Shown one piece after another: positions 11,099 to 21,888 of a DNA stretch of 64,000 nt. The DNA lies in contig CAWIEK010000034.1 of NCBI GenBank assembly GCA_963835065.1, positions 26,970 to 90,969 on the forward strand, read 5' to 3'. The stretch is from an uncultured Chthonomonadaceae bacterium. Its GTDB lineage: Bacteria; Armatimonadota; Chthonomonadetes; Chthonomonadales; Chthonomonadaceae. A model generated the notes under the pieces. That model worked only from the letters and a program-made list of their open reading frames with translations, made no database searches and was not told where the DNA came from. Positions within the stretch are counted from its first letter, which is position 1. Every line of letters begins with the position of its first letter. The position numbers and the translations under genes are program-made.

Positions 11099-12118
11099 AT
11101 GCACAATCATTCTTTTCGACCGGGCGCGAAACGCCGTTTGATGGCGGCGAGCGGCCTTGCCGGCCTGATCGTTTTGGGCGGCAGCGCGGCTTATGCGCGT
11201 CAAACAGCCGTAGTCATGAACATTTTTCAGGGTACATCGGCGCAGGCGTCGGGGCTGAAATTAGGCAACTGGGGCAGCGGCAGCATTACCGAAGATGAAC
11301 ACAGCGTTTTCACGGGAACCGAGTCGTTGCGCGTCGTGACGCACGGGCAGTTTCAGGGGGGGGTGTTGCGTCTGAACAGGCCCGTAGATTTAAGTAATTA
11401 CGTGGCGAACCGAAACGCCTTCTTGCAGCTCGCCGTGTTGGTGCAGGCTCCGGCGGGCGGCACGGGCGGCCTGCCCGGTGGGCCTCCCGGAGGATTTGGG
11501 GGGTTGGGGGGATCGGGCGGGCCGGGCGGATTCGGCGGGCAGGGCGGGCTGCCCGGCTCCAATGGTCCGGGCGGCAAGTTCGGGGCCGGTGGAAGCGCGT
11601 CCACAACCGCGAAGCCAAGAGCCATTGAAAACGTGCGCGTCGTGTTGAGCCGCGCAAGCGGACGGGGAGCGGAATTTCTGCTGCCTCTCACATCCGCCGC
11701 TTCCGAAGGCCAGTGGAAACTGCTCAGTATCCCCGTCAGCATGATACCCGGCATTACCGCCGACAACGCGAAGTTCACGGAAGTCCGGCTATTCGGCGAC
11801 AATTCCGGCGTGATGAATGTTGGGCGCATCGGCATCGTCACGGATACCACACCTATCAAGGTGGAACCCGTGTCCGACAAGGACGTGTCCACCCAAAACC
11901 GCTACCGCTATGTGGCAAATGCCAACGGCGGCGCAACCCCGCTCAAATACTCCTGGGATTGGGACGACACGGACGGCATTCAGGAAGAATCCATCGGGCG
12001 TACCGTGGAGCATACCTACTACAAAAACCGCGATTACGTCGGAACCCTGACGGTCAGCGACGTCTACGGCATCAAGCCGCCCGTCACCACGCGCTTCAAA
12101 ATCCACGCGCATCGGTAG
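11099..12118 (+). CDS. secreted protein with Gly-rich insert and C-terminal PKD-like domain
   Basis: GGAGG RBS, signal peptide (..SAAYA), YSWDWDD..HTY..GTLTVSD PKD-like motif. Confidence 0.7.
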   Translation: MHNHSFRPGAKRRLMAASGLAGLIVLGGSAAYARQTAVVMNIFQGTSAQASGLKLGNWGSGSITEDEHSVFTGTESLRVVTHGQFQGGVLRLNRPVDLSNYVANRNAFLQLAVLVQAPAGGTGGLPGGPPGGFGGLGGSGGPGGFGGQGGLPGSNGPGGKFGAGGSASTTAKPRAIENVRVVLSRASGRGAEFLLPLTSAASEGQWKLLSIPVSMIPGITADNAKFTEVRLFGDNSGVMNVGRIGIVTDTTPIKVEPVSDKDVSTQNRYRYVANANGGATPLKYSWDWDDTDGIQEESIGRTVEHTYYKNRDYVGTLTVSDVYGIKPPVTTRFKIHAHR

Positions 12119-12150
12119 AAGAAAAGGCAGAAGACAGAAGGCAGAAGACA

Positions 12151-12180
12151 GAAGGAACCGCACAGCGCGGTTCCTTTCTG
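12151..12180. terminator. hairpin between convergent genes, possible terminator
   Basis: GAAGGAACCGC-ACA-GCGCGGTTCCTTTC, preceded by (AGAAGRC)n repeats. Confidence 0.45.
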
Positions 12181-12355
12181 CTATCCAAGACAGGGCATAA
12201 CGACGTCCGCAGACGAGGTTTGCATGCAGGGCGAAAGAATATACGAGTGCCACTTGCGCTCCCTGTTCAGCGCGGCGGATGAGAGGAATTATGTCGTGAA
12301 AGTGGATTGTTTTGCATGGCGACGGGACAATCCCTTTTCAGTAGAACACGAGGCG

Positions 12356-13396
12356 TTACTGAATCTGCCTTGCGCTGACATCGCAGAGGGCGTCAATGGC
12401 GCGGTCTATGTCTTCCTCATCTACGTCCAGGTGCGTGACCCAGCGGATGCGGTGGGGCGCGGTGGGGTTGCACAAAATTTTGTGGCGTTGTTCCAGCAGT
12501 GCCTTGATTTGTGGCGCGGGCAACTGCGTGTTGAAGTACACCATGTTGGTCGGCACGTCGGGAGAGTCGAGCGTGATGCCGGGAAGGTTGGCGATCCCTG
12601 CGGCCAATTTGCGGGCGTTTTGGTGGTCTTGCGCCAAGCGTTCGATGTTGTTGTCCAGCGCGTACAAACCCGCCGCCGCCAGTATCCCCACCTGCCGCAT
12701 CCCGCCGCCGAGCATTTTGCGGACGCGCTTGGCTTTTTCGATGAACTCTCGCGTTCCGCATAGTACGGAACCGACCGGGCAGCCCAATCCTTTCGACAGG
12801 CAGAACGTCACCGAGTCCGTACACGCCGCGTACTCCGAGGCCGCAATACCCGTCGCCGCCACCGCGTTGAACAACCGCGCCCCGTCCAAGTGTACCTTCA
12901 AGCCGTTTTCCTGCGCCCACTGCCACAAATGCCGATGCACATCAAGCGGAACCACATAGCCGCCCGCCCGGTTGTGCGTGTTTTCCAGCACCAGCAGCGT
13001 TGTGCCGGAACCGTGCAGCGACTCGCTATGGAGGGAACGCTCAATTTCCGCCACATCGGGAACGCCTTTTTCGCTATGAAACTGCCGCGTCAAAACGTGC
13101 GCAATCGTGGCGGGCAGGCCCACCTCGTACAGCATAGAATGGGCTTCCGCGTCCAGCAATATCTCGTCGCCGGGTTTCGTATGGACTTTAATCGCCACCG
13201 CGTTGCCCATCGTGCCGCTTGGCACAAACAAGCCCGCTTCCTTGCCCATTAGCAGCGCGGCCCGTTCCTGCAAGCGGTTGACGGTCGGATCGTCCTCGTA
13301 CACATCGTCGCCCACCAAAGCCTCGGCCATCGCCTGCCGCATCGCCACACTCGGCTTCGTCACCGTATCACTGCGTAAATCCACAAACTCGCGCAT
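12356..13396 (-). CDS. ltaE: low-specificity L-threonine aldolase
   Basis: [33 protein letters not shown] (PLP lysine). Confidence 0.93.
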   Translation of the reverse strand: MREFVDLRSDTVTKPSVAMRQAMAEALVGDDVYEDDPTVNRLQERAALLMGKEAGLFVPSGTMGNAVAIKVHTKPGDEILLDAEAHSMLYEVGLPATIAHVLTRQFHSEKGVPDVAEIERSLHSESLHGSGTTLLVLENTHNRAGGYVVPLDVHRHLWQWAQENGLKVHLDGARLFNAVAATGIAASEYAACTDSVTFCLSKGLGCPVGSVLCGTREFIEKAKRVRKMLGGGMRQVGILAAAGLYALDNNIERLAQDHQNARKLAAGIANLPGITLDSPDVPTNMVYFNTQLPAPQIKALLEQRHKILCNPTAPHRIRWVTHLDVDEEDIDRAIDALCDVSARQIQ

Positions 13397-13419
13397 AATT
13401 CTACTCCAATGCAAAAATT

Positions 13420-13657
13420 AACCACCCGCTGCGCTAGAGACACAGAGACACAGAGGGGGAACACAGAGGAAGAAGAAAAGAAAAGAAGAAGAGGAGAATA
13501 AACTTCTTTGCTCCCTTTGCCTCTTTGCGGTTCTTTTTGTTTTTTCCTTTTTTCGTCTTGGTTCGTGTGTTTCGCGGTTCCTATCTCTTCTTTCTCTTTG
13601 TTTTTCTCGTATTGGTTTTTCCTCTGTGTCTCTGTGTCTCTAGCGCAGCGGGTGGTT
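13420..13657. repeat. MITE-like element with perfect 37-bp terminal inverted repeats
   Basis: AACCACCCGCTGCGCTAGAGACACAGAGACACAGAGG at 13420-13456 and its exact reverse complement at 13621-13657. Confidence 0.85.
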
Positions 13658-14493
13658 CATTCCATTTCTGCCGTAATCTTCCATTGTGCCAGCAGTTGCG
13701 GCTCGACGAAGGTGAGGGGGAAGCGCTGCGCCAGTCGGACGGCGGCGGGCGTGAAACCGTTTCTGCCGATGAGGTAGGCGCGATCCGCGTCCGCCTGTTG
13801 TCGCGCCTGTTCCAACGCTTCCACGTCCACGACGGCTACGGGGGTATCTTCGGCTGCGAACTGCGCGATTTCAAGGCGGTTATCCGGCAGGGGCGCAAAG
13901 CGCAGCAAAGAAGTATTGCTGTCAAAAGTGTTGCTGCCGTTTTTGGTTGCGCTGTCGCGCTTGTCAGACGGTTGCAGGCCACGTAACGCAAAAATGGCTT
14001 CCACTTCGGCGCGGAACGAAAGAGTATCCAGGCATTGCAGACATTCCGCTTCAGTGGCGACCTGCGCAAAGCGAGAAGCGCGCTGCGCGTTTTCAAACGT
14101 CGCGCGTTCCACTTGCGCCTGCCGCTCTGCCTGTCGTTGTTGTTCGTGTGCCTGCTTCGCCTGCGCCTGCGCGGTTTTGTGCCGTTGCCGCCGGGTTTGC
14201 TGTTCGGTTTGACGCGCCTGCCGCTTGATCTTCTGCGCGGCCTGCATTTCGGCGCGTACTTCGGCTTTTTGCAGGTCTTGCCGCCGCAAACGCCGATGGC
14301 GCAGCCACCGCGCCACTTCCCACGCGCAGCCGCTCGCTCCCAACACCGCGCCCATTGCGCCCGCGCCTCGCGTTGCCGGCACAAGCCCCGCCAAGCCCGC
14401 CAAGCCCGCCAACAGCACAACAACCCACAGCGCCAAAACGCGCCAATCGTTTCTTGATTGTGGCGCTTTTGGCGTGGGCTTGCTGTCCCCCAT
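13657..14493 (-). CDS. membrane-anchored coiled-coil protein with a degenerate Mrr-like restriction-endonuclease domain
   Basis: Two N-terminal TMs, Q/R-rich coil, C-terminal V..L..A...A..IGRNGFTPAA..LA motif. Confidence 0.65.
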   Translation of the reverse strand: MGDSKPTPKAPQSRNDWRVLALWVVVLLAGLAGLAGLVPATRGAGAMGAVLGASGCAWEVARWLRHRRLRRQDLQKAEVRAEMQAAQKIKRQARQTEQQTRRQRHKTAQAQAKQAHEQQRQAERQAQVERATFENAQRASRFAQVATEAECLQCLDTLSFRAEVEAIFALRGLQPSDKRDSATKNGSNTFDSNTSLLRFAPLPDNRLEIAQFAAEDTPVAVVDVEALEQARQQADADRAYLIGRNGFTPAAVRLAQRFPLTFVEPQLLAQWKITAEME

Positions 14494-14589
14494 TTGAACT
14501 TGTAAGCGAATTGCGCGCATGAACATATAACGCCAGGGAGGAGGCAGAACCAGTTTAGCGTCTGCCTCCCTTAAAACCCTAACATCCTG

Positions 14590-15252
14590 CTAATGGAAGA
14601 ATCTCACGCCGAAACTTGCGCCGTCCGTATCAATAGAGTGAATCTGCTGATTGACACGGTAGCTGCCGTAAAGCGTGATGTAGCGCAGGGGATACTCGAC
14701 CCCAACGCTGATGCTCGGCGCGAAGTTGGAGCGGTCGAAGCCCGGATTGGCGGTAATGGAGCGCGCCCGCCCCAGAAACAGCCCGCCCGAAACGAACGGC
14801 GTGATGCGATTGACCACGCGCCGCGTGGAAACTTTGAAGGCCGGACCGATCAAGCCGAATTCGTTGCCGCCCTCAAACGGGAAAAAGTGGTCGTTGGCGG
14901 ACACGATTTCCAGCCCACCTGTGACATCAAAGAGCGGAAAGTGTTTTGGTTTGGCGAAAATCTGCGTGTCACCGTAAAACTTGGGTGTGCCAAGTGCGCG
15001 AGTGGCGGTGCGATCCGTAAAGTAGTAGCCGCCCACGCTGAAAAACCCGGCAACCGTGCGTATCAACGGGCTGATAACCGACTGGCTGCCGCTTGCCGCC
15101 TGGCCGGGCGACGTGACATGCGCGAACAGGTCTTCGCGCTCAGAAATGGACTGCGCAAACGCGGAAGGCGCGGCGCCCAGCATCGCCAGCATCAATGCCG
15201 GCATGGCAAGGCGCGCAGCAAAACTTTTGAAGGGCAGGGTATAAGACAGCAT
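14590..15252 (-). CDS. secreted, probable small outer-membrane beta-barrel protein
   Basis: AGGAG RBS, signal peptide (..SAFA), amphipathic strands, ends ASFGVRFFH. Confidence 0.6.
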   Translation of the reverse strand: MLSYTLPFKSFAARLAMPALMLAMLGAAPSAFAQSISEREDLFAHVTSPGQAASGSQSVISPLIRTVAGFFSVGGYYFTDRTATRALGTPKFYGDTQIFAKPKHFPLFDVTGGLEIVSANDHFFPFEGGNEFGLIGPAFKVSTRRVVNRITPFVSGGLFLGRARSITANPGFDRSNFAPSISVGVEYPLRYITLYGSYRVNQQIHSIDTDGASFGVRFFH

Positions 15253-15542
15253 ACGACTTGATCTCCTGAGAAAGATAATCTCCTGACAATCCGATGCAAA
15301 GGTTTGAAAACCTCCTATGATTGTGCCACAAAACCCGGTGAAAAAACGCTGTCTGACGCGCGCTGTTCCAAAGAATTGCGCGCCCCTGTTCGCCAGCCTG
15401 CGCGCGGCTTGCTTTCCCCTGTAGTTTTGGGGTACATTAGAAGGGTTTGCGCGGCGCAAGGGCTTGCGCCGCGCCTGATCCTGCGCCCGATACGAGCGCG
15501 AATTTCTCTTTGCGCGGAATTACAAGCGCATATCCGAACTAT

Positions 15543-15780
15543 TCACACACTGGCGGCAGAACGGTCGGCGGGTGAGAAAACAACCATTTTCTTAACCGGC
15601 TTATGGCGAAGCGTCAGGAGGAGGCGGGGAAATGATGAGTGATGAGTGATGAGTGATGAATAAAAACCATTGACGTCTGAGTTGTTCGCAGCGTAAGACT
15701 GGTAAGAACTAATGTCTTTGTATTCATCACTCATCATTCATCACTCATCGTTCTGCCTACAACCCAACGGAGGAACGATA
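15543..15780 (+). promoter_or_regulatory. probable rpsB leader containing an inserted inverted heptamer array
   Basis: CACACAC..GGGT..GGAGG..AACCCAAC elements resemble S2 leaders; (GATGAGT)n at ~15632-15662 pairs with (ACTCATC)n at ~15720-15750. Confidence 0.45.
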
Positions 15781-16689
15781 GTGGCATCCCTTTCGATGAA
15801 AGAACTGTTGGAAGCGGGCGTTCACTTCGGGCATCAGACCCGGAGATGGAACCCCAAAATGAAGCGCTACATTTATGGCGCGCGCAACGGCATTTACATT
15901 GTGGACCTGCACCAGACCTTGAAACTATTCGATGAAGCGCAGCGCTTTGTGCAGGAAATCATCGCGGACGGCGGCAAAGTGCTGTTCGTCGGAACCAAGA
16001 AGCAGGCGCAGGACGCGATTTCCGAGTCCGCCGTGCGCTGCCGCCAGTATTTCGTCAATCAGCGCTGGCTCGGCGGCATGCTGACCAACTACACGACCAT
16101 TCGCGGGCGCGTCAAGCGATTGGCCGAACTCAACGAAATGCAGGCCAACGGCACGTTCGACCGGCTGACCAAAAAGGAAGCCGCCCTGCTTACCGAACAG
16201 CGCGACAAGCTGGAACGGTACCTGGGCGGTATCAAAGAAATGCCGCAGTTGCCCGACTGCCTGATTATCATAGACTGCAAAAAAGAGCATCTGGCGATTG
16301 CGGAAGCGCGGCGGCTGGAAATCCCCATTGTCGCGCTCGTGGATACCAACTGCGACCCGGACGAGATTGACTACGTAATCCCCGGCAACGACGACGCCAT
16401 TCGCGCCATCAAGCTGATCGCCGGCAAACTGGCCGACGCCATTGCCGAAATCAAGCAGGCCGAATGGGACGCGGAAGAAGAAGCGCGACTGGCTTCCCTC
16501 CCGCCTTCCGAAGAGGAAGCGCCTGAAAAACCGGACGTGGACGCGCTGTTCGCCGAGCCGACGATTACAACAGTGGATTTGCCCGCGCCGCCTGCGGATG
16601 GCGACTTCGTGTTCCGCCCCGGCGTGGACGACGAATACTCCCGCATGGGCGCGGACGATCTGGAGCCGATTGCGACTGTGGAGCGGTAG
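15781..16689 (+). CDS. rpsB: 30S ribosomal protein S2 with acidic C-terminal tail
   Basis: [33 protein letters not shown] start after GGAGG. Confidence 0.98.
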   Translation: MASLSMKELLEAGVHFGHQTRRWNPKMKRYIYGARNGIYIVDLHQTLKLFDEAQRFVQEIIADGGKVLFVGTKKQAQDAISESAVRCRQYFVNQRWLGGMLTNYTTIRGRVKRLAELNEMQANGTFDRLTKKEAALLTEQRDKLERYLGGIKEMPQLPDCLIIIDCKKEHLAIAEARRLEIPIVALVDTNCDPDEIDYVIPGNDDAIRAIKLIAGKLADAIAEIKQAEWDAEEEARLASLPPSEEEAPEKPDVDALFAEPTITTVDLPAPPADGDFVFRPGVDDEYSRMGADDLEPIATVER

Positions 16690-16855
16690 TGCAGCAGGTG
16701 GTTGGTGATTGAGGTGGTTAGGGGTGATGGCACTGAAACTTAGTCTTTGCAGATATTGCTGTCTTGTGTGATTGCGGTACGGGCAGGCAGCTGGAGGCAG
16801 TTCCAGTCACCTAATCACCAACCACCAGACCCCAGATGTGGAAAGGGTAACGAAA

Positions 16856-17773
16856 ATGGCAGAGATTTCGGCGAAGGCCGTGATGGAACTGCGCGAGCGC
16901 ACGGGCGCGGGCATGATGGACTGCAAGGCCGCGCTGAAAGAGACGAATGGCGACTTCGACGAAGCCGTCAAGGCGCTGCGTATCAAAATGGGCAACAAGC
17001 TGACCAACCAGGGCAAACGGGCGGCGGCGGAAGGCATTATCGCGGTTGTCGTGCTGGACAATCAGGACGCCGCGATTATAGAACTGAATTCGGAAACCGA
17101 TTTCGTGGCGCGCAGCGAGGACTTCAAGGCGCTGGCGCGGGAATTGGCCGAACAAGTCGCGCGCTCCAAAGGCCACAGCGTGGAAACCGTGTTGACGCAG
17201 GAGTCGCATGTGCAGCCCGGCGTGACGGTGCAGGAGCGGCTCAACGACGTATTCACCAAACTGCGCGAAAACATTATCTTCAAGCGGTTTGAATTCATCT
17301 CGACGGCGGAAAACGGCGCGGTTGCGGGCTATGTGCATCTGGCCGCAGCGGACAAACTCGGCGTTCTGGTGGAAGTGGAAGCGGATTCCCCCGAAGCCGC
17401 GAAAAGCGACGCGGTTCTGAATCTGGCGAAAGAACTCGCGATGCAGATCGCCGCGTCCCGCCCACGCTATACGACCCGCGACGAAGTGCCCGCGAATGTT
17501 TTGGACACGGAGCGCGAAATCGCCCGCACCACCGCGCAGAACGATGGCAAGCCGGAAGCCGCAATGGACAAGATCGTGGAAGGCCGCGTTCGCAAGTTCT
17601 ACGAGGAAGCGGTTCTGCTGGATCAGCCGTACCTGCGCGAACCGAAGAAAACCGTTGCGCAAGTCATCAAAGAGGCCGGCGCGGGCGTGACGCTGAAGCG
17701 CTTCGTGCGCTACGAAGTCGGCCAGGTGACGGGCGTGGAAACCAGTGGCGACATCAAGGCGACGGTGGAATAA
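16856..17773 (+). CDS. tsf: elongation factor Ts
   Basis: ELRERTGAGMMDCKAAL, ELNSETDFVA. Confidence 0.98.
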   Translation: MAEISAKAVMELRERTGAGMMDCKAALKETNGDFDEAVKALRIKMGNKLTNQGKRAAAEGIIAVVVLDNQDAAIIELNSETDFVARSEDFKALARELAEQVARSKGHSVETVLTQESHVQPGVTVQERLNDVFTKLRENIIFKRFEFISTAENGAVAGYVHLAAADKLGVLVEVEADSPEAAKSDAVLNLAKELAMQIAASRPRYTTRDEVPANVLDTEREIARTTAQNDGKPEAAMDKIVEGRVRKFYEEAVLLDQPYLREPKKTVAQVIKEAGAGVTLKRFVRYEVGQVTGVETSGDIKATVE

Positions 17774-17844
17774 TGGATGATTCGGATTCTCAATCCGGCT
17801 CAACATTCATTCAAGCGTCTCCTCTGAGAAACAACACAGCATAA

Positions 17845-17886
17845 CAGGAAGGCGCTGGCGGAATCATTTCTGCCAGCGCCTTCCTG
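17845..17886. terminator. GC-rich hairpin between tsf and pyrH
   Basis: CAGGAAGGCGCTGGCGGAA-TCAT-TTCTGCCAGCGCCTTCCTG; weak U-tail. Confidence 0.45.
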
Positions 17887-17916
17887 CTGTCAAAATAGGC
17901 GGGAAGAGAGTAGGAC

Positions 17917-18741
17917 ATGAGCGACAATACCACTGAAGTTATCAATACTGGCGCAAGCGCCGCCGAACCGCCGCGCACTTCTGGCTTGCGCTGGAAGCGG
18001 GTTTTGCTGAAACTGTCCGGCGAGGCATTTGCGGCGGAACACGGCGTGAGCGAAAACGCGGGACGCGAAATGAGTACCACTCCCCGCGTCGGCCTGAATT
18101 ATGGAACCATCCGCGCCATCGCTGCTGAAGTCGTTCAAGCGCACCATGCGGGCGTGGAAATCGCCATTGTGATCGGCGCGGGCAACATCGTGCGGGGTGA
18201 ACGCGCAGCCGAAGCGGGCATGGAGCGGGCGGCTGCCGATTATATGGGCATGTTGGGTACGGTCATCAACAGCATGGCCTTGCAGGACGCATTGGAAAAG
18301 CAGGGCGTCCCGACCCGCGTGATGAGCGCGATTGCCATGTCGGAAGTGGCCGAGCCGTTTATCCGCCGCCGCGCCATCCGGCATCTGGAAAAAGGCCGCG
18401 TGGTCGTCTTAGCGGGCGGAACCGGCAACCCCTTCTTCACAACCGACACCGCCGCCGCCCTGCGCGCCAATGAAATCCGGGCGGGCGCAGTGCTGAAAGC
18501 CACGAACGTAGACGGTGTTTACGACAAAGACCCGCGCAAATTTGCCGATGCGAAGCGCCATACCCGCGTCACGTATGACGAGTGCATCTCCAACAACCTG
18601 CGCGTGATGGATCAAACCGCGTTTACTTTTTGCCGCGAATACGACATTCCCATCGTGGTCTTCGACATCGCCCAATCCGGCAACATCCGCCGCGTGGTCA
18701 TGGGCGACAACATCGGCACTCTCGTCAGCAGGGGAGCGTAG
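17917..18741 (+). CDS. pyrH: uridylate kinase
   Basis: [34 protein letters not shown]. Confidence 0.97.
   Translation: MSDNTTEVINTGASAAEPPRTSGLRWKRVLLKLSGEAFAAEHGVSENAGREMSTTPRVGLNYGTIRAIAAEVVQAHHAGVEIAIVIGAGNIVRGERAAEAGMERAAADYMGMLGTVINSMALQDALEKQGVPTRVMSAIAMSEVAEPFIRRRAIRHLEKGRVVVLAGGTGNPFFTTDTAAALRANEIRAGAVLKATNVDGVYDKDPRKFADAKRHTRVTYDECISNNLRVMDQTAFTFCREYDIPIVVFDIAQSGNIRRVVMGDNIGTLVSRGA
18696..18731 (+). repeat. pyrH 3' end, copy 1 of a 36-bp direct repeat
   Basis: GGTCATGGGCGACAACATCGGCACTCTCGTCAGCAG, identical at 21229-21264. Confidence 0.95.
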
Positions 18742-18903
18742 TTTCCGGTTCACCACAGAGACACCGAGACACAGAGGATTCACAGAGGGAATGGCGAACA
18801 AAGGAGAACAAAGAGGGTAGTTTCGTTTGTGTGCGGCTATGCCTCATGTAAACCTCTGGCGTGGTTGTGTCGTATGTCAGGCAACAGTGGGAAGAAGGAT
18901 GTT

Positions 18904-19428
18904 ATGAGCGTCACAAAAGATTTCATTCGGCAGCCGTCGCTGTCTTCACGAGAGATAGAGCAGGCTGTTGCCATTGCCATTGCCGTTGTAGAAACAAGCC
19001 CTCTGCTGCGCCCCCCGCGAATGGTGGAGCAGCGTACAAATGCTTTTGCCGCATGGCTTGAGGAATGGCGAAACAAGTTTGCGCCTTTCATCGCGTCGGC
19101 TTTGCGTTGTGAAGCCGCCGAGGTGTTTGCCGATATGCCGGACAGCGTTTTAGCGGAAGTTGTGGCGCGGCAGATTTGGCCCGGTGTTGTGCCCCTCCTG
19201 CAATCCGTTGCCATTGATTATCAGGCAGGCGAATGGGGGCGCAGGCATTTCGGGGACGCGACAATGTACTATACGGCCATTCAGGAAAACGGTCGCTGGC
19301 GCGTCCCGATTGGCATAGCGCGCAGAGAAGGAATACAGGGCCAGATTGTATTAGATACAGACGGCAACGTCATTGAAAGCCTGACATCAACAAAGGCGCA
19401 ACTTTTAGAGAAACTCCGTGATAACTAA
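18904..19428 (+). CDS. hypothetical protein A1 with PepSY-like C-terminus; paralog of 21295-21888
   Basis: AAGGA RBS; WRVPIGI..GQIVLDTDGNVI; overlaps the next gene. Confidence 0.7.
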   Translation: MSVTKDFIRQPSLSSREIEQAVAIAIAVVETSPLLRPPRMVEQRTNAFAAWLEEWRNKFAPFIASALRCEAAEVFADMPDSVLAEVVARQIWPGVVPLLQSVAIDYQAGEWGRRHFGDATMYYTAIQENGRWRVPIGIARREGIQGQIVLDTDGNVIESLTSTKAQLLEKLRDN

Positions 19429-19906
19429 CTTTCCTCTGCTGCAACAGCGTCCGGGCAGTAACAGGTGTTTATCAACAGCAGTTCGCGTGGTGTTACTGTG
19501 GTCTGGCGAACAGGTAACAGCAGATGAGGTTTCCGAATGGTGCGCTGAAGACACCTATGGACGCGTATTGGATTTGGCAATAGGGGGATTACGCGATGCA
19601 GGTTTCGACGTTCAGGAGTTGACAGCGCCCACAGAGGAAGAAGCGCAGGAATTGTTACGCGCCTCGGTCATGGATGAAGAGGAACCGCATCCTGTTATCG
19701 TCACGCTGCGAAATCAATTGTCGCCCGCGCGTCTGGATCACGCTGTCGTGTTGGTCGGCGTTGAGCAAATATTTACGCTCACAGGCGAACGTGAAACAGT
19801 GACGTTCATGGACCCAGTGACCGGACGCCTGGAACAGGACACAACGGGAACATTCTGGCGGCAATGGGAATTCGCCGGACGACGCGCCTACATCATTCAG
19901 CCTTGA
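19418..19906 (+). CDS. C39-like (papain-fold) cysteine peptidase B1
   Basis: LQQ....NRC, PVIV, HAVVLVG, FMDPVTG, FWRQW: Q-C-H-D residue order. Confidence 0.75.
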   Translation: MITNFPLLQQRPGSNRCLSTAVRVVLLWSGEQVTADEVSEWCAEDTYGRVLDLAIGGLRDAGFDVQELTAPTEEEAQELLRASVMDEEEPHPVIVTLRNQLSPARLDHAVVLVGVEQIFTLTGERETVTFMDPVTGRLEQDTTGTFWRQWEFAGRRAYIIQP

Positions 19907-19961
19907 TGACGATACCTCGAATTGCCTGAGCAGCAGTCCTATAGACAGAAGGAAGCAGACT

Positions 19962-21143
19962 ATGAGCGGCGGCATTTTTGTACTTCAGGAGAACGGCAGT
20001 CTGGTTGAGATGCGGCAGGAGCCTTACAATGCTGAAGCCGTGCTTCAGCGATTAGTCGAAGAGTATCCTGCTTTGCTGGCAGGCGATCAAATGGACAGTA
20101 ACGCGCCGCGTAGGTGGCTGCTCGTGAAGCGCGAAATGGAAGTTCCCGATACCTCCGACAGCAGTGGGCGATGGTATCTGGATCACTTGTTTTTGGATCA
20201 GGACGGCATACCAACTCTGGTAGAGGTAAAACGCAGCACGGACACGCGCATACGCCGTGAAGTGGTCGGGCAAATGCTGGATTACGCGGCGAACGGCGTG
20301 GCGTACTGGCCGGTGGGAACGCTGCAAACCAATTTTGTCGCAACCTGGAAAGAGAAAGCAAACCAGAAGTTGGCAGACTTCCTGATGGTGGATGAGAATG
20401 ATGCCGGTGCTGACAATCTGGACGGATCGGATCCAGAAACAAATCCTGCTGTCGAGGCGTTCTGGCAGAAAGTGAGCGCGAACTTGCAGGCCGGGAAACT
20501 GCGCCTTTTGTTTGTCGCGGATGAAATACCAACGGAACTTCAACGCATTATCGAATTTCTGAACGAGAAAATGGACAGCGTAGAAGTGCTTGGCGTTGAA
20601 ATCAAGCAGTTCGCCGGACAACAGATGAAAACGCTTGTTCCCCGTGTCATCGGGCAGACAGCAAAAGCAGTAACGCAAAAAAGCGCGAACACTATTAGTA
20701 GTGGGGGCAGACAATGGAACGAAACAACGTTCTTTGAGGACATGACAGCCAGAGGCAATGTGGAAGCAAGCAATGCCGCCCGTGCTATCTTCAATTGGGC
20801 GCGTTCACAGGGAATTGATGTTTGGTGGGGATCGGGCAAACGGTATGGTTCTTGCGTTCCCTATTTTCATCATAAAGAGAGAAGTAATCAGTTATTTGTA
20901 CTATGGAGCAATGGCTACATAGAATTCTACTTCCAGCATTTAGGCAACAAGCCGCCATTTAACGACATCACAAAACGCGAGGAACTTCTTGGCAAACTTA
21001 ACTCCATTGCCAATGTTGATATTCCAAAAAGCAAAATTGCAAGCCGTCCGAGCGTACCGCTAACGATATTCAGCGAACCGGGAAGCTTGTCACAACTGTT
21101 GCAGGTTATGGGCTGGGTGGTTCAGGAAATCAAAACGTCTTAA
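19962..21143 (+). CDS. PD-(D/E)XK nuclease (NucS/DUF91-like N-terminus) with a separate C-terminal domain
   Basis: E..LQ, RE, LDHLFLD, LVEVKRS..RREVVGQMLDY. Confidence 0.8.
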   Translation: MSGGIFVLQENGSLVEMRQEPYNAEAVLQRLVEEYPALLAGDQMDSNAPRRWLLVKREMEVPDTSDSSGRWYLDHLFLDQDGIPTLVEVKRSTDTRIRREVVGQMLDYAANGVAYWPVGTLQTNFVATWKEKANQKLADFLMVDENDAGADNLDGSDPETNPAVEAFWQKVSANLQAGKLRLLFVADEIPTELQRIIEFLNEKMDSVEVLGVEIKQFAGQQMKTLVPRVIGQTAKAVTQKSANTISSGGRQWNETTFFEDMTARGNVEASNAARAIFNWARSQGIDVWWGSGKRYGSCVPYFHHKERSNQLFVLWSNGYIEFYFQHLGNKPPFNDITKREELLGKLNSIANVDIPKSKIASRPSVPLTIFSEPGSLSQLLQVMGWVVQEIKTS

Positions 21144-21228
21144 ACGTAAATTAGCAAAGGAATGGGAACTATGAGCCGAATGGAGGGCTTGTATGAGCGT
21201 CTTGCTGCGTTTGGCATAGATAACGCGA

Positions 21229-21264
21229 GGTCATGGGCGACAACATCGGCACTCTCGTCAGCAG
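21229..21264 (+). repeat. second copy of the pyrH 3' end
   Basis: 36-bp identity to 18696-18731 (40/41 bp if extended to 21224). Confidence 0.95.
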
Positions 21265-21294
21265 TTCGGCGTAAACTGTACCAGAGGTGCAAAA

Positions 21295-21888
21295 ATGACA
21301 GTGTTAGCAAATATACAAGTGTTGGACGATTGGCTGGCGGAGCCACAAACTAAAACGGGCTTGCAGCGTTGTGCAGACAATGCCATTGCTGCGATTGACG
21401 CAAGCCTGTCTCTGCGCATACCTAAAACCGAGCAGGAACGGCAAAACGCCTTTGCCGGCTGGCTTGCAGGGTATCGCGCCAAGATTGGCGTCGAACTTCA
21501 AAAACAGTTTGCGCGGGAGTTTCCCAGCCTGTTCCAATGCCTTAGCGAAAACACGATCAAAGAAACTGTTGACAGCTATGTGTGGCCGCTAATCGAGTCG
21601 GACGTTCAGAAACGTTTCCAGCAAAGACTCATTCCTTATGCCGTGCTAAGTCAGGCAATTGCCTGGGGTCGTAAAAACATAGGAGATGTCGGTCTTTACG
21701 GCCAACCTCAGCACGATGGCTGTCTATGGCGCGTTGCCCTGGGTATTGCGGGATACGGGGAGAATCTGGGGCAAATCACGCTGGACGCGGACGGTAACAT
21801 TCTCCTGGAACAAACAACAACACGTCAGGAACTCCTAAAACATATCCATGATTACCCTTCCGTTCCTGCTGAGGCAGTCAACGCCTAG
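21295..21888 (+). CDS. hypothetical protein A2 with PepSY-like C-terminus; paralog of A1
   Basis: GAGGTG RBS; NAFAGWL, WGRKNIGD, WRVALGI..GQITLDADGNIL align with A1. Confidence 0.72.
   Translation: MTVLANIQVLDDWLAEPQTKTGLQRCADNAIAAIDASLSLRIPKTEQERQNAFAGWLAGYRAKIGVELQKQFAREFPSLFQCLSENTIKETVDSYVWPLIESDVQKRFQQRLIPYAVLSQAIAWGRKNIGDVGLYGQPQHDGCLWRVALGIAGYGENLGQITLDADGNILLEQTTTRQELLKHIHDYPSVPAEAVNA

Noticed and set aside
12185..12350. Possible small RNA or peptide gene downstream of ltaE
   Set aside because: No convincing structure, known motif or coding signal
13508..13777. Phe-rich hydrophobic ORFs
   Set aside because: Translations of the pyrimidine-rich repeat element
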